A DNA stretch of 64,000 bases from assembly GCF_001194135.2 (NCBI RefSeq), contig NC_068984.1:115719708-115783707 (forward strand), read 5' to 3'. The notes under the pieces are model-generated. The model made no database searches and was not told the DNA's origin. It saw only the letters and a program-made list of their open reading frames with translations. Below are positions 13,117 through 25,454 of this stretch, piece after piece. The DNA comes from Octopus bimaculoides (lineage: Eukaryota). Made by a program: the position numbers and the translations under genes. Every line of letters starts with the position of its first letter. The first letter of the stretch is position 1.

Positions 13117-13345
13117 GAATTGGCAGAATCGTTAAAGACTGGGGTAAGAATACGTGGACATCATTATCTGATGCGACACTGCTTTGAGTTCAAATTCTTC
13201 CGAAGTTAACTTTGACTTTTTACCGTTTCGAGGTTGATAAAAGTATCACCCCATGGCAGTGGATTAGCGGTGCTGTGAAAATGTTGAACCGAATGCCTTG
13301 TAGTATTTATCCGGGTTCTTTTGTCATGAGTTCAAATCCCGATTT
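13117..13345 (+). mobile_element. Two tandem degenerate SINE family B heads
   Basis: gaattggcagaatcgttaaag...ttgagttcaaattc at 13117, and gattagcggtgctg...tgagttcaaatccc at ~13260. Confidence 0.6.
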
Positions 13346-13691
13346 GGCTTATTTGAGAGGTAGTCTTTACACATTACCTGATTTAACACTACTACCTGGA
13401 ACTTTTGGGTATCTTTAGAGGAGTCTATTTGAGAATACCTTCCTACCGCTTTTTAACCAGTCTCAGAGACCCTATAAAAGGTTATGGACACTGCTTTAGC
13501 TTCTGGCTAAAACATGAAAGAACGTACATTAACAGCACTAGATATATTTTCGCTGTATTTACCATTCTCATCATGGTCAGACCGTTCCTTTAAATCTTAG
13601 AACTTTAAAGAATGACTGGAAAAATACACAGTGGATATTTACTACTTGTGTTTTATTCATTAATTTTAAAGTAATATTTCCTCCCAATCAA

Positions 13692-13905
13692 AGGCGGCGA
13701 GCTTGCAGAATCGTTAGTACGGCGGGGAAACGGCTTAGTGGCATTTCGTCCGTCTGCACGTTCAGTGATTTAATCCCACTAGGGTTAACTTTGTCTTTCA
13801 TCATTTCGGGGTTAATAAAATAAGTACTAGCCGAACACTGGGATCGCTGTAATCAACTGATCCTCCTCGAAATCGATGATCTTGTCCTAAAACTTGAAAT
13901 CAATA
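13692..13905 (+). mobile_element. SINE family B copy
   Basis: ggcggcgagcttgcagaatcgttagtac head plus body and tail homology. Confidence 0.75.
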
Positions 13906-14162
13906 TTTCTTGCTATTCTTTATAGTCACTTCTGTGACATGTTACTTAACATTTGAATATTAAAATTCTTCGATTATTCTTTTTCTGGCCTTAGTCACTG
14001 GATTGCGGCCATAAAGTGGATCGCCTAAAAGGGTTTTAGATCATATAATCGGTTCCAGTATTTATTTTATCGATCAGTATCTAATTATCGAATTGCTATG
14101 TTGCAAAGAAGACAAAAACAAAAAATCTCCGGTTTATATGGTGTCAAAATAAACACTTTTTC

Positions 14163-14193
14163 CGCGCGCGCGCACGCGCACACACACACACAC

Positions 14194-14228
<35 letters not shown>

Positions 14229-14288
14229 TACACATGTATACACAAACACGCACAAACTAACACACACTCACATACCAAGATACAAACA

Positions 14289-14325
<37 letters not shown>

Positions 14326-14427
14326 ACACACACACTCACATACACATGTATACACAAGCGCGCACAAACTAACACACACACAGATACACACACAATCAAA
14401 CTCACACACACCAAGATACACACACTG

Positions 14428-14492
<65 letters not shown>
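14163..14492. repeat. Compound (CA)n-rich microsatellite
   Basis: Direct reading. Confidence 0.95.
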
Positions 14493-14746
14493 TGTTGCTT
14501 CGTTAAGTACATGACTTCCATTTTTATCGTTTCTAATTTTAGTGTTTTCGTATTTTCTTACTATTTTCTTTCTGTTAGTTTAGAACAATGGACTTCCTAA
14601 ATTCACATTCGACGTTTTTTGACATTTACAGTCTCGTTTGCAAAGATTGAATACATTTGGTGTTGGCATTGTTTTGCTATATGCTAGTTAAATTTATGTA
14701 GACTTTTCTGCAAAAGACTTTTGACCGTTCGGGTTCCGCGCAATCG

Positions 14747-14790
<44 letters not shown>

Positions 14791-15150
14791 AACAAATATA
14801 TTTTTTTCTTTAGAAGCGTCTAATGTATATCGTATTATACAGACAGGAAAGTAATATTTCTAACGCAGTATCGCAGTGAAAACAGCAACACACAATTTTC
14901 CTTCTGTTTCCATGGCAATACTGCGTTCGAAATATTACTTCCTTGTCTGTATAATATATATATANNNNNNNNNNNNNNNNNNNNNNNNNNNNNNNNNNNN
15001 NNNNNNNNNNNNNNNNNNNNNNNNNNNNNNNNNNNNNNNNNNNNNNNNNNNNNNNNNNNNNNNNNNNNNNNNNNNNNNNNNNNNNNNNNNNNNNNNNATA
15101 TATATATAACGAAGGCGGTTATGCACAATAAGAAACCAAAAAGGAAAACT

Positions 15151-15412
15151 TCAATTGTGACTAATTGTGATTGAAAGTGCAGGGTGGCTTCTACATTCCT
15201 TGAAAGAGGACTTAAAAAAAGCTTTACAGCCGCAAAAATGGGCCCATGTCTGCACTGACTGGGGGCATAATCGCCCCACAGCGAAGTCACCATACTAGTC
15301 TAGTTTCGCTTAAAATTAAAGGTGCATTTTTCGCAGGTCTAAGTGTTTTAACTCTTATTTCTAGCAATGTAGGTGCAACCCTGTACCCCCAGTCACAATT
15401 GGTGACAACTGA
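15151..15412. mobile_element. MITE-like element with imperfect long terminal inverted repeats
   Basis: 15151-15202 (caattgtgactaattgtgattgaaagtgcagggtggcttctacatt) approximates the reverse complement of 15361-15412. Confidence 0.55.
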
Positions 15413-15440
15413 ATTATATATACTTACATACATACATACA

Positions 15441-16000
15441 TGCCACCATTCATATTTGAATATTGCTCTGTATGACACTGATTCTGCGGCCTGACCTGAT
15501 CGGAGCGACATGTATCAGAATACTGCTTTCAGCGGCGAAACGTGTCCCCACTCCGCCATGGCCTTGAGCATTCGATGAGGTCTCTCCACGATCCCATTTC
15601 CTTTCCACTGGGCCTGTATGCCACTCTGAAAAAGCGGTGCAATTTCCACCTGTCAAGCACCTCCTTCAGCGCATCCGAACGAAACAGGGCCCCGCTCTAA
15701 GAATACCTCGTTTAGAATCTCGTCCGACATTCTCTCCAAATGGCCATCCGGCCCGGCCCACAGTCGACCATCAAGATATACGTCCCCTGCCGGTAGTGTG
15801 TTACATCCACTGCTAGAGACCTAGTTGTGTTCTACCGAAATGCTTCCCTACTAATGCACACCCGGAGCATGCAGCCTCCTTAGCTCGGAGTTACTTAACC
15901 GGCAAAATGCAGCTACCCCTTACTTCGATTCTTCCAGCTCCCCTAACCAGGCCTTTTTTTTAAAACCCTAGTTAGAAGTCTGCCTTATTTCTCTCTGAAG
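15441..16000 (-). pseudogene. pol: Integrase core (internally deleted)
   Basis: LAVDVTHY, MVDCGPGRMAIWRE, VFLERGP, AYRPSG/NGIVERPHRMLK, across frameshifts. Confidence 0.8.
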
Positions 16001-16096
16001 GCAGAAAGACTACGTTCAGCTTCGGGCCGAACTCCTGGAACCCTTAGGTGGCACTTCACTAACATTTCTGCAACCCCTTTGTTTCGCACCCTCTTC

Positions 16097-16726
16097 TCAT
16101 CGGGGATCACCGGTCCTACCCAGCCAAGCACGGTGGCCGAATCCGTCCGGATTTCGATGGATCAGCCCCCATTTCAAGGCCAAATTCACTACCTTCAACA
16201 CTACGTCCAACTCAGCGACATTGATGTGGATGTAGTCATCTGCTTTTCGAGGACAGGCCGCATCCTCCACTTCGGCACCTTTGATTTCCAACACAACTCC
16301 TGTCGCGATGCTGCTAGCATCACACCATACGGTCCCGTTATTCGATTTGGGCACATGCCAGTTCCCTCTGACTGGGTCTTCCGCTCTCGTCTTCCCTTGG
16401 ATTTCCCGCATCATCACCACTGTCCCCTCTCCCACCGTGTCATCCCAGTTCTCCCCTTCTGCTCGTCTCTGGATGTAACTACATGCCTTACGCAGCCACC
16501 CCGCAATCGGGAAGTGACCTACTAATTTCCCGCTCATCGAGAACGGTTCTTTCCTGCTGACGTTGCTACCCAGCTCCGGGATATCATTCCCCCTCCGAAA
16601 CGCCAACACACCTGTTCCGTCTCTTTCAAGCTTAAGCCCAAGTGCAGCTCCTCCAGACATTGGCTCTTGTGGCTTCGCAATCAGCCTGAATTTCTTCAGA
16701 TGCCTCACAACTCCTGTGGCAGGCAC
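16097..16726 (-). pseudogene. pol: RT connection and RNase H domain
   Basis: GKLVGHFPIAGWLR, VWCDASSIATGVVLEI and HINVAELD. Confidence 0.85.
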
Positions 16727-16729
16727 TGC

Positions 16730-17200
16730 AGTCTAGTCCACTAAGATGTTATCTATATAGGAATAGATGACCCTTCTTATCCTATCCACCTTTACAAGGA
16801 TAGATTTGAGCACTGTCGCCATGTTCTTCGGTGCAAAGTTCAGCCCAAAACCCAGCCTTATCAGACAATATGTCCGACCCTTGAATCGCACCAGCTGGTA
16901 CTGCCAGTTTGTCGCTCACATGGAGTTGCAAATATACCGACTTCAAGTCGGCGATCGTCGCTGCCTTAATTGACTGTCTCCATACGCATAGCGTCTCACC
17001 GCAGACGTCGGTCGCTTCACCACCTGTGTGGTACGATACATGGCCATTCATCTCCCGAAAGTCCAGTACCGGTCTGACTTTGCCCTTTGTTGGCTGTACC
17101 ACTGCCAGTAGAGGTAGAAATCCGCTCACCACTTCCTCCTTCCACGGGATAAGGACACCTTCCTTAATCTACTTCTCTACCTGTTCTTTAGACTCGCTCC
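16730..17200 (-). pseudogene. pol: Reverse transcriptase domain (disrupted)
   Basis: PLLAVVQPTKGKVRPVLDFRE, IADLKSVYLQL, RLGFGLNFAP and SYIDNILV (YxDD changed to YIDN at 16748-16759). Confidence 0.85.
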
Positions 17201-17289
17201 TAGCAGGCATGTCCTTTCAGAGTATGCTGGTAGCATCTCACTCTGTTCTTCAGCGTCGGGGGCTTCTCTTTCCAGAGCCACTCTCTCGT

Positions 17290-17720
17290 CTACAACTGAG
17301 CATCGAACGCCACCCGAAAATCCTTGCCTTTAATGGTGTAGACAGTGCAGCCCAGCGCAGAGCACTGCTCCTGCTCATATTCCTGACTCATGGTGCGCGA
17401 CGCCCCCACGGCACCAAACGAAACCACGTTTCTTCCAACATTGACATCTCCAAGGCTGTCGATCTCATCCATCCCTATTATCACATCAATCCCGTCCACC
17501 ACGTGGTCGATCACGGTCGCCCGCAGCCTTAGCGTTGTATCTCACACCACTATCTCCACGTCGCTGTTATCCTTGCATTCGATTTCGCTGCCGTCCCTTT
17601 CCATTTCTTTGTCATCCTCGGGGTCACGAGAATCATCGTGTAGCCTGTGTCCACGAGGGCTTTGAACGTGTTTCCCCCGACCACGACCTCAACTACAGGC
17701 AGCAACTGCACCAGCGCCTC
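17290..17720 (-). pseudogene. pol: Aspartic protease domain
   Basis: FKALVDTGYT (DTG at 17643-17651), followed by DGIDVIIGMD. Confidence 0.85.
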
Positions 17721-18440
17721 TACTCGTTCGCGAGGGAAGTTTGAAAAGAAGCAACCTCCGCGTGGCCTTTTCCTTGGCCGCAATTTCGGGCGATATGCCC
17801 AGTCTGTTTGCACCGGTAGCAAACTGGTCCGGGATCCGCGCAGTCCCTCGCCATGTGTGGTCCCTGGCACCTAAAACACCGGCCTGTGTACGGTAGCTGT
17901 CGTTCCACTGCAGGTCTCTTTTCGTCTTTCATTGCGCCTTCGCGGGCTTCTGCAACCGCCATCACCATTGTCCTCCGCACGGTGTTTTGTGTCAACACGC
18001 GGGCTTGGACGATGAGCTCGCTCATCGCCATTTTGTTGCCGCCTGGCAATTGTAGCCGCACTGACACATCGTCAGGAAAGTCATTTACAAAGGCCACTCG
18101 CGCTACTTTTCCAGTTCCTCTCCGGTGAGACGAGACAGCACAGTCAACCTCCGTACCTCCGCAGTATATTCGTCAACCTGTTCCCCTGTCCATCTGACCG
18201 TTCCCAGCTTAGCAAAAGCGGTGTATCCTCTCTCTGTGTAAGCCTCACTCAAGCGCTGCTCGATCTCTGCCACGCTCAGTTGTTCTTCATTCATTTCGAA
18301 GTAAAGTGCCAGCGCGCTCCCCGCCAAATACAGCGCGATGAGGCTTTCTACATTTTCGATGCCTTGTAGCCTGGCCACAACTTTGACCTTTCGAATCCAA
18401 GCTACTACGTCTCCTTCGCCATAGAAGGGTCAAATGACAT
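17720..18440 (-). pseudogene. gag: gag with two zinc knuckles
   Basis: FDPFYGEGDVVAWIRKVKVVARLQ...; CFRCQGPHMARDC (CX2CX3HX4C) and CYRCKQTGHIARNC (CX2CX4HX4C); frameshift near 18100. Confidence 0.85.
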
Positions 18441-19384
18441 NNNNNNNNNNNNNNNNNNNNNNNNNNNNNNNNNNNNNNNNNNNNNNNNNNNNNNNNNNNN
18501 NNNNNNNNNNNNNNNNNNNNNNNNNNNNNNNNNNNNNNNNNNNNNNNNNNNNNNNNNNNNNNNNNNNNNNNNNNNNNNNNNNNNNNNNNNNNNNNNNNNN
18601 NNNNNNNNNNNNNNNNNNNNNNNNNNNNNNNNNNNNNNNNNNNNNNNNNNNNNNNNNNNNNNNNNNNNNNNNNNNNNNNNNNNNNNNNNNNNNNNNNNNN
18701 NNNNNNNNNNNNNNNNNNNNNNNNNNNNNNNNNNNNNNNNNNNNNNNNNNNNNNNNNNNNNNNNNNNNNNNNNNNNNNNNNNNNNNNNNNNNNNNNNNNN
18801 NNNNNNNNNNNNNNNNNNNNNNNNNNNNNNNNNNNNNNNNNNNNNNNNNNNNNNNNNNNNNNNNNNNNNNNNNNNNNNNNNNNNNNNNNNNNNNNNNNNN
18901 NNNNNNNNNNNNNNNNNNNNNNNNNNNNNNNNNNNNNNNNNNNNNNNNNNNNNNNNNNNNNNNNNNNNNNNNNNNNNNNNNNNNNNNNNNNNNNNNNNNN
19001 NNNNNNNNNNNNNNNNNNNNNNNNNNNNNNNNNNNNNNNNNNNNNNNNNNNNNNNNNNNNNNNNNNNNNNNNNNNNNNNNNNNNNNNNNNNNNNNNNNNN
19101 NNNNNNNNNNNNNNNNNNNNNNNNNNNNNNNNNNNNNNNNNNNNNNNNNNNNNNNNNNNNNNNNNNNNNNNNNNNNNNNNNNNNNNNNNNNNNNNNNNNN
19201 NNNNNNNNNNNNNNNNNNNNNNNNNNNNNNNNNNNNNNNNNNNNNNNNNNNNNNNNNNNNNNNNNNNNNNNNNNNNNNNNNNNNNNNNNNNNNNNNNNNN
19301 NNNNNNNNNNNNNNNNNNNNNNNNNNNNNNNNNNNNNNNNNNNNNNNNNNNNNNNNNNNNCATATATATTTATGTGTGTGTGTA

Positions 19385-19451
<67 letters not shown>

Positions 19452-19864
19452 ACATACATACATATATGTGTGTGTGTGTCTAATTTTCTTGGTGAATTCT
19501 CTTAATCTAAAACCTAGAAAATCAGAATGAAATACATAAAAACGAATTAGAGCTAAAACTATGATATAAATGAATAAGATTTACTCCATCATGGTATAAT
19601 ATTGTTTGTTTTCTCCAAAACGTAAAATTTCTGTATATCCGCTGAGAGACGCGTTTGAGTTTGAAAGAAAATATTCTGCAATGATTAGAGTCATTGAATG
19701 TAAGTAGACGTGAGTAAAGGAATAAAGTGAGACGTGAATAAGGAATAAAAGAAGAGGTGAAAGAAAGATACAGATCTAGAAAAATATTGAATGAAATGAG
19801 GCAACGGGCATTGCATCACAATCTGTTTGGTTACTGAAAAGCATCATTGAATATATCACAGAGA

Positions 19865-19998
19865 AAATAGTTTTGGTACTGTAATAAAATAGCATTTGGA
19901 GAATATAATAAAATACTTCTTGTATATAATAAAATAGTTTTGGGATATTATAAATTAGTTTCTGAATAGTATAAAATAGATTTTGGATATCATAAAAC
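19865..19998. repeat. Degenerate ~21 bp minisatellite (aaaatagttttgggatattat), about 6 copies
   Basis: Direct reading of aaaatag-anchored units. Confidence 0.7.
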
Positions 19999-20184
19999 AA
20001 TTATTAGATAAAATAATATATCGAGACGATAACTCGATTGCCAATTTTAATTGTTCCCAAACTCTATAAACAGTCTTCAGTATTTAAAAAAAATAATTCT
20101 ACGTTCAAAACAATTGTTCATGCTAGTTGTTCTATGCTGTTTCTAAAGTCTTCGATCTCAGGACTGATGTCAGTAACTATTTGT

Positions 20185-20790
20185 TTCAAAGTTTTGGCAT
20201 AAGGCCAGCAATTTTGGAGGAGGAGATAAGTTGATTACTTCGACCCCAGTACTGAGGTGGTGGAGGCGCAATGGCCCAGTGGTTAGGGCAGCGGACTCGC
20301 AGTCATAGGATCACGGTTTCGATTCCCAGACCGGGCATTGTGAGTGTTTATTGAGCGAAAACACCTAAAGCTCCACGAGGCTCCGGCAGGGGATGGTGGC
20401 GAACCCTGCTGTACTCTTTCACCACAACTTTCTCTCACTCTTTCTTCCTGTTTCTGTTGTACCTGTATTTCAAAAGGTCAGCCTTGTCACTCTGTGTCAT
20501 GCTGAATATCCCCGAGAACTACGTTAAGGGTACACGTGTCTGTGGAGTACTCAGCCACTTGCACGTTAATTTCACGAGCAGGCTGTTCCGTTGATCTGAT
20601 CAACTGGAACCCTTGACGTCGTAAGCGACGGAGTGCCAACAAGTACTGAGGTGGTACCTATTTTATCGACTCCAAGGTGATGGAAGACAAAAAAAAACAA
20701 ACAAACCAATCTCAGCTGGAATTTGAACCCAGAACGGAAGGAAGAGTGAAAGGTTGTTAAGTATTCTTGCTCGCCTGTTAACTATTCTGC
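20185..20790 (-). mobile_element. SINE family B copy (host), interrupted by a younger SINE
   Basis: Removing 20262-20655 restores ...cgaccccagtactgaggtggtacctattttatcgac..., the inverse of the family B body. Confidence 0.7.
20262..20641 (+). mobile_element. Full-length 380 bp tRNA-derived SINE with a perfect 14 bp target-site duplication
   Basis: A box TGGCCCAGTGG and B box GGTTTCGATTCC; TSD AGTACTGAGGTGGT at 20248-20261 and 20642-20655. Confidence 0.9.
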
Positions 20791-20819
20791 CATCTCGAAG
20801 GTAATTAATAAAAATATCA

Positions 20820-21035
20820 ACTATAAGTATTAGGCCAGTAATAATTCTTTAAATATTTAGGAATAAGGGCTGAAATATTTGTGGGAAGGGATTAGAAGTT
20901 ACTTGATAAAAAAAAAAATCGGCCTCAATTACTTGGCTGGTACTTTATTTTATTGACTTTCTGGTGAGATGAAAAGTAAGAAATTCAACCTCGGTCGGAC
21001 TTGAACTCAGAACGTAAAGAACTGGAACAAATATT
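20820..21035 (-). mobile_element. Degenerate SINE family B copy
   Basis: aacctcggtcggacttgaactcagaacgta is the inverse of the family B B-box region. Confidence 0.55.
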
Positions 21036-21187
21036 GTAACACATGTATCCTATTGCAAGAAGGATTCTGCTGATCCACCGATCTAAGATGGTTGATTATA
21101 TTAATAAAGTACCAATCAAACAGTCGAGCCTTCTGTCTGTCAGTTTCTTTCAGGCACTCTCTCACAGTTTTCTCTCTTTCTCTCTCT

Positions 21188-21269
<82 letters not shown>

Positions 21270-21839
21270 GTATATATATGTACACATCAGAATCGACAAT
21301 GTGCTATAAATTCGCTTAAGGACGCACAAATGGGTAAAGTCACACGGAATGGAAATAATAAAGAAAGATTTCGGTGTAAATAAAATACTTCTTGTATTGA
21401 ATATAATCGTTCCGTAATTTTATTGGATAAAATAAAATGCCATAAATCATGATATCTGCCAGGAATTTTCATTTCATAACAATTTATTCAATTAGTTTCT
21501 GGTTACCTTCGTGTGGAGAAAAGTAGATATTTCATCTCTCAGGGCAGCGAATTGGTGAGTTACAGGAACATAGGATAAAATGCCTTGCATTATTCATTTC
21601 CAGTCTTAGGGCTCTGGGTTCAAATCCCGTAGAAATCAACTTTATCCTTTTGGGGGTTAATAAAATACAGGCTTACTGCGAGGTTGTGAATGGACAAAAT
21701 TATAAAAGATTAGATGGGCAAAATTATTAAAGGATTTCATTCATCCATCCGCCTAATTTCTTTGCCCACTATTCCTGAAAACAATTAGTCAGGCAATTAC
21801 TCTTTGGGGTCCTATCAGAAGCAACAGTCATTAGACTTT

Positions 21840-21990
21840 CCGGCTGGATTCCCAATTCAGACAATAGCTGTTATCCAACCATCTCGTTCTTGGTCTACCA
21901 TTAGGTCCTCTTTTGGTTGACGCGGCTTGAAGGATCACCACTTCAGTTTAGATACGACGAGTTGCTGCCTGTTGTAATTTTCGACGATCT
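21840..21990 (-). mobile_element. Possible RTE-type LINE ORF C-terminal fragment
   Basis: Minus-strand translation LQAASTKRGPNGRPRTRWLD matches the RTE GRP..RW.D terminal motif; the match is short. Confidence 0.45.
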
Positions 21991-22074
21991 TATGCAATAT
22001 TTGTTGTAATTGTCTGTTTGAAAAAAAAGATACATGACTGTAAAGTGAACTGCAATTGAAAAGAACAGTAAAAT

Positions 22075-22235
22075 GAAACTGCTTGCTTTGGGGGGCGAGT
22101 AAGCCATTTCATCCTCGACTTTACCTTTATCTCTTCGGGGTCGATTAAACAAGTACCAGTTGAAAATCGAGGTCGATCTAATCGACTAATCCGCTCCCCG
22201 AAGTTGTTGGCCTTGTGCCAATATTTGAAACCAAT
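22075..22235 (-). mobile_element. SINE family B copy (partial)
   Basis: Inverse of ...cggggtcgattaaacaagtaccag...gtcgatctaatcgact...ggccttgtgcc. Confidence 0.55.
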
Positions 22236-23234
22236 AGTTTGTTTATTGTCATATCCTCTAATCGATCAAAACCTTGTTATTGAAATTTCGTTTACGGAAA
22301 CTGTGTGGAAGCTTGGTGGAATAAGTGTTCACATTTGTTGGTAGTTGATGTCATCATACGCCCGGTTTCAAACCACCCCCTGGTCTACGAGTGACTTAGT
22401 GGAATCAACTATTGCTGCAAATGTTCGTAGTAGATCTCTGCAACTGAATTTAAATTTCTTCTTGACTATCTAGAAGTATCGTTGTCATTTGAAGCTTCAT
22501 GGCCAGTCTCCGCCATTCTCATACTAAATCATGTAAAAATTATATTATCGTTGATAAGCGAAAGAACTACTTACATCGCTGACAGCGTTGATCAATAATA
22601 ACAACTAGCAAGGGTCGCTAACGACAAGGAACAATAAAAAGCCAGCAAAGCTTTAAAAGAACGACACAAATTTAGTGTCATTGTTTTGCAAATCATGATA
22701 GCATTACTTAAGGACAGCAAGCAAATGCAGCATGAAATTTTTATTAGATTAGTACGACACGACAAAAGGAAATCCAGAATAGTATTGGCGCAATGCATTT
22801 TTGTCTTTAACCCCGACAGCCATTACACATTGTCATTTGTTATATATCACATTTAAGGTGACTATTCATTTAGCGTAAAGTATATGCCTCTTGTTGAGGA
22901 GCAACTTTAGTATAGATTATTCATATGATTTGGTAAATAATGTCCGTATTTTCCTTTTTTAGTATGTAGTAATAATTTTTCGTATCTAGTAATAATTAAA
23001 TATTGTTTTTTATGCAGAGATAGTCTTTCTAATACAGTTCATAGCTTAAGGCATCATACAGGTCTCTTCTCAGTATAGATATAATGGTGGCCATCTTATA
23101 CACCGGCTAATACGTATCTCACTTGTAGGTGAATACACACACCTACACGTATGCGCATACACACACATACTCACATACGAGCGCGCGCTAACAAACATAT
23201 GTATGTGTGTGTACGTATGTTTTATCTTTCACTT

Positions 23235-23508
23235 GTTTCATTTGATTATCATTTATTCTGCAGTCTTCAAAATCATGTGGACGGCAAAAATACGAATTCT
23301 GTAGACGAGGTCAGAACAGTACTGGAGGAGTATTTTTCGTCACGGACGAATTTTGGAAGAGGGCCTTGCAAGCCTACCAGATAAATGGAAGAGCATTGTA
23401 GAAAATGAAGGAGAGAATATTTTAGATTAAAAAAGAACTTCGGTTATCTTAATTTTGACAAATAAAAGAAGTATACAAAAACCGCATTATTTATGGGATG
23501 ATCCTACA
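23235..23508 (+). mobile_element. Mariner transposon 3' remnant with TIR
   Basis: DYHLFCSLQNHVDGKN..SVDEVRTVLEEYFSS, then (frameshift) GLASLPDKWKSIVENEG; TIR at ~23477-23507 (minus strand TAGGATCATCCCATAAATAATGCGGTTTT). Confidence 0.85.
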
Positions 23509-23989
23509 AACACACACACATATTTCATATAGTGTACAGTAGGTGAAATAACACCTTCCACACCTTTTCACGCTAGATCACAAAGGTTTCGGAACCATCT
23601 GACGGTATCACTCCGGTCAATGTTGCTTCTGTCGTTGACACTACCGGAAAATGTCCCGTTTCTTTCAGCCTTTTCTGTAGCACGCTTTTTGCAGCTGTTA
23701 GTAGTCCGACCGTATAACAAATATTTTTTATTGTAATGCTTGCTTTCAGTGTTTTGCTTTTTTCACATATTTCGGCTATATCCATGATTCCCTGTTAAGT
23801 TTCGTAATTTATGCCCTGCTTTCTTATGATCCTCCTAAATGAAAGCCCATAAGGTAGGGTTAGTGCCTTTAGTTAGAAACTCATAAAATCTCGTGTCTAC
23901 GGCCGCACCGGTCCGTCATCTTATATGAGAGTTTAGCAAAATAGAAATAGACCGTAGATTTATAGTTTTTCATAACCGATATCATCTTT

Positions 23990-24530
23990 ATAATGTCTGC
24001 CATTAGTATCAGTTCCATGACCATCGTCTTCCTCCATCTCCTTCATGTCGTCATCACCGGCGCCGCCGCCGCCGCTGCCACCAGCAGCACCAACACCACC
24101 AGCACTTCCACCGCCGCTGACGCCGCTGACGCCGCTGACGCCATTCCTCGACGTCAGGATGGTGATTATGCTGATCATCACGATCATCATCTCCGCCATC
24201 ATCAACGTCACCATTCACATCTTCTCGTCCTCGTTCTCGTCGTCGTCGTCCTCCTCCTCGTCGTCGTCCTCCTCCTCGTCCTCGTCGTCCTCGTCGTCCT
24301 CCTNNNNNNNNNNNNNNNNNNNNNNNNNNNNNNNNNNNNNNNNNNNNNNNNNNNNNNNNNNNNNNNNNNNNNNNNNNNNNNNNNNNNNNNNNNNNNNNNN
24401 NNNNNNCCTCCTCCTCGTCGTCCTCCTCCTCGTCCTCATCTTCGTCCTCGTCCTCGTCCACGTCCTCCTCCTGCTCGTCCTCGTCCTCCCCCTCGTCCTC
24501 GTCCTCCTCGTCCTCGTCCTCGTCCTCCTC
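23990..24530. repeat. Compound GC-rich trinucleotide repeat array (GCC/ACC/ATC/CGT/CCT)
   Basis: Direct reading; the ORFs here are low-complexity artefacts. Confidence 0.9.
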
Positions 24531-24708
24531 TCAATGCAAGACTAAGATAAAAATGTTCTATTACAAAAGCTGTTAGGTATGGATGTATCTTTGTTTAATA
24601 CGAACGACATTTCTGAGTATCAAGAATGCATTTCACGTCCAATCATCAATATTACATACCAAAACTGATAAACATACGCGTATATACATATACACATATA
24701 TAAATACA

Positions 24709-24747
<39 letters not shown>

Positions 24748-25454
24748 ACACACACATCTCTGTATGGTTGTTCTTGATCTTTTGTTTTTACTTCTGTTGT
24801 TAAATATTTTTTCGTTCTTATATCATTGGCCATTTTGACGATAGCTGATCACAGTTCGGCGACGCAAATGGAGTGGTGGCGGTTTCTGGCATTGTTAACA
24901 TCAACGAATAGCATTTAAGTGAATTGAAATCATTATGCAAATATATAAAAATATAAGAGATAAAAGAAAACAAAAAGTCTAAAACAAATTGATAAAAAAG
25001 AGACAGAAAAAAAGTAGACATTAGTGGATATCAGAAAGCACACCCCTACCAGCTATAATAATAGTCGACAAAAAATTGAAAAAAAAAACAATCCCCAACT
25101 CCTCCAACGGAACTAGTTCACTTAACAATCACGTGCAAGTGCTACTGTACTATTTTCCAACATGAAGTCGGTAACAAATTTCACTGATAACTGTACAATA
25201 ACGACGAAAATACGTACACACACACACGCACACACACACACACATACACACACACACACACACATACACACACATATGTATATATATAACTGTACATAAG
25301 TGTACACATATAATTGTGTGTGTGTTACGGATATTTACAAATGTATATATGTATCTCTCTCTCATTATACATACAAATATATTTTCTCTCGCTCTCTCAC
25401 ACACACGCACGCACGCCCACACACACACACACACACACACACACATGCTTTGCT

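Larger units (their letters stand above)
15441..18440 (-). mobile_element. Degraded Ty3/Gypsy LTR retrotransposon internal region (gag-PR-RT-RNaseH-IN); 5' end lost in the gap, 3' end truncated
   Basis: All five domains are present in Gypsy order on the minus strand, with multiple frameshifts, stops and deletions. Confidence 0.9.

Noticed and set aside
20262-20335. tRNA gene
   Set aside because: It has A/B boxes but continues into a 300 bp SINE body with a TSD; it is a SINE head, as are the other tRNA-like heads.
23573-23785. 70 aa minus-strand ORF in non-repetitive DNA
   Set aside because: Weak acceptor, no recognised motif, and a length compatible with chance.
23960-24550. Poly-Ala/Ser/Asp/His ORFs suggesting a transcription-factor exon
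   Set aside because: Open in several frames on both strands because of trinucleotide repeats; no domain or splice support.
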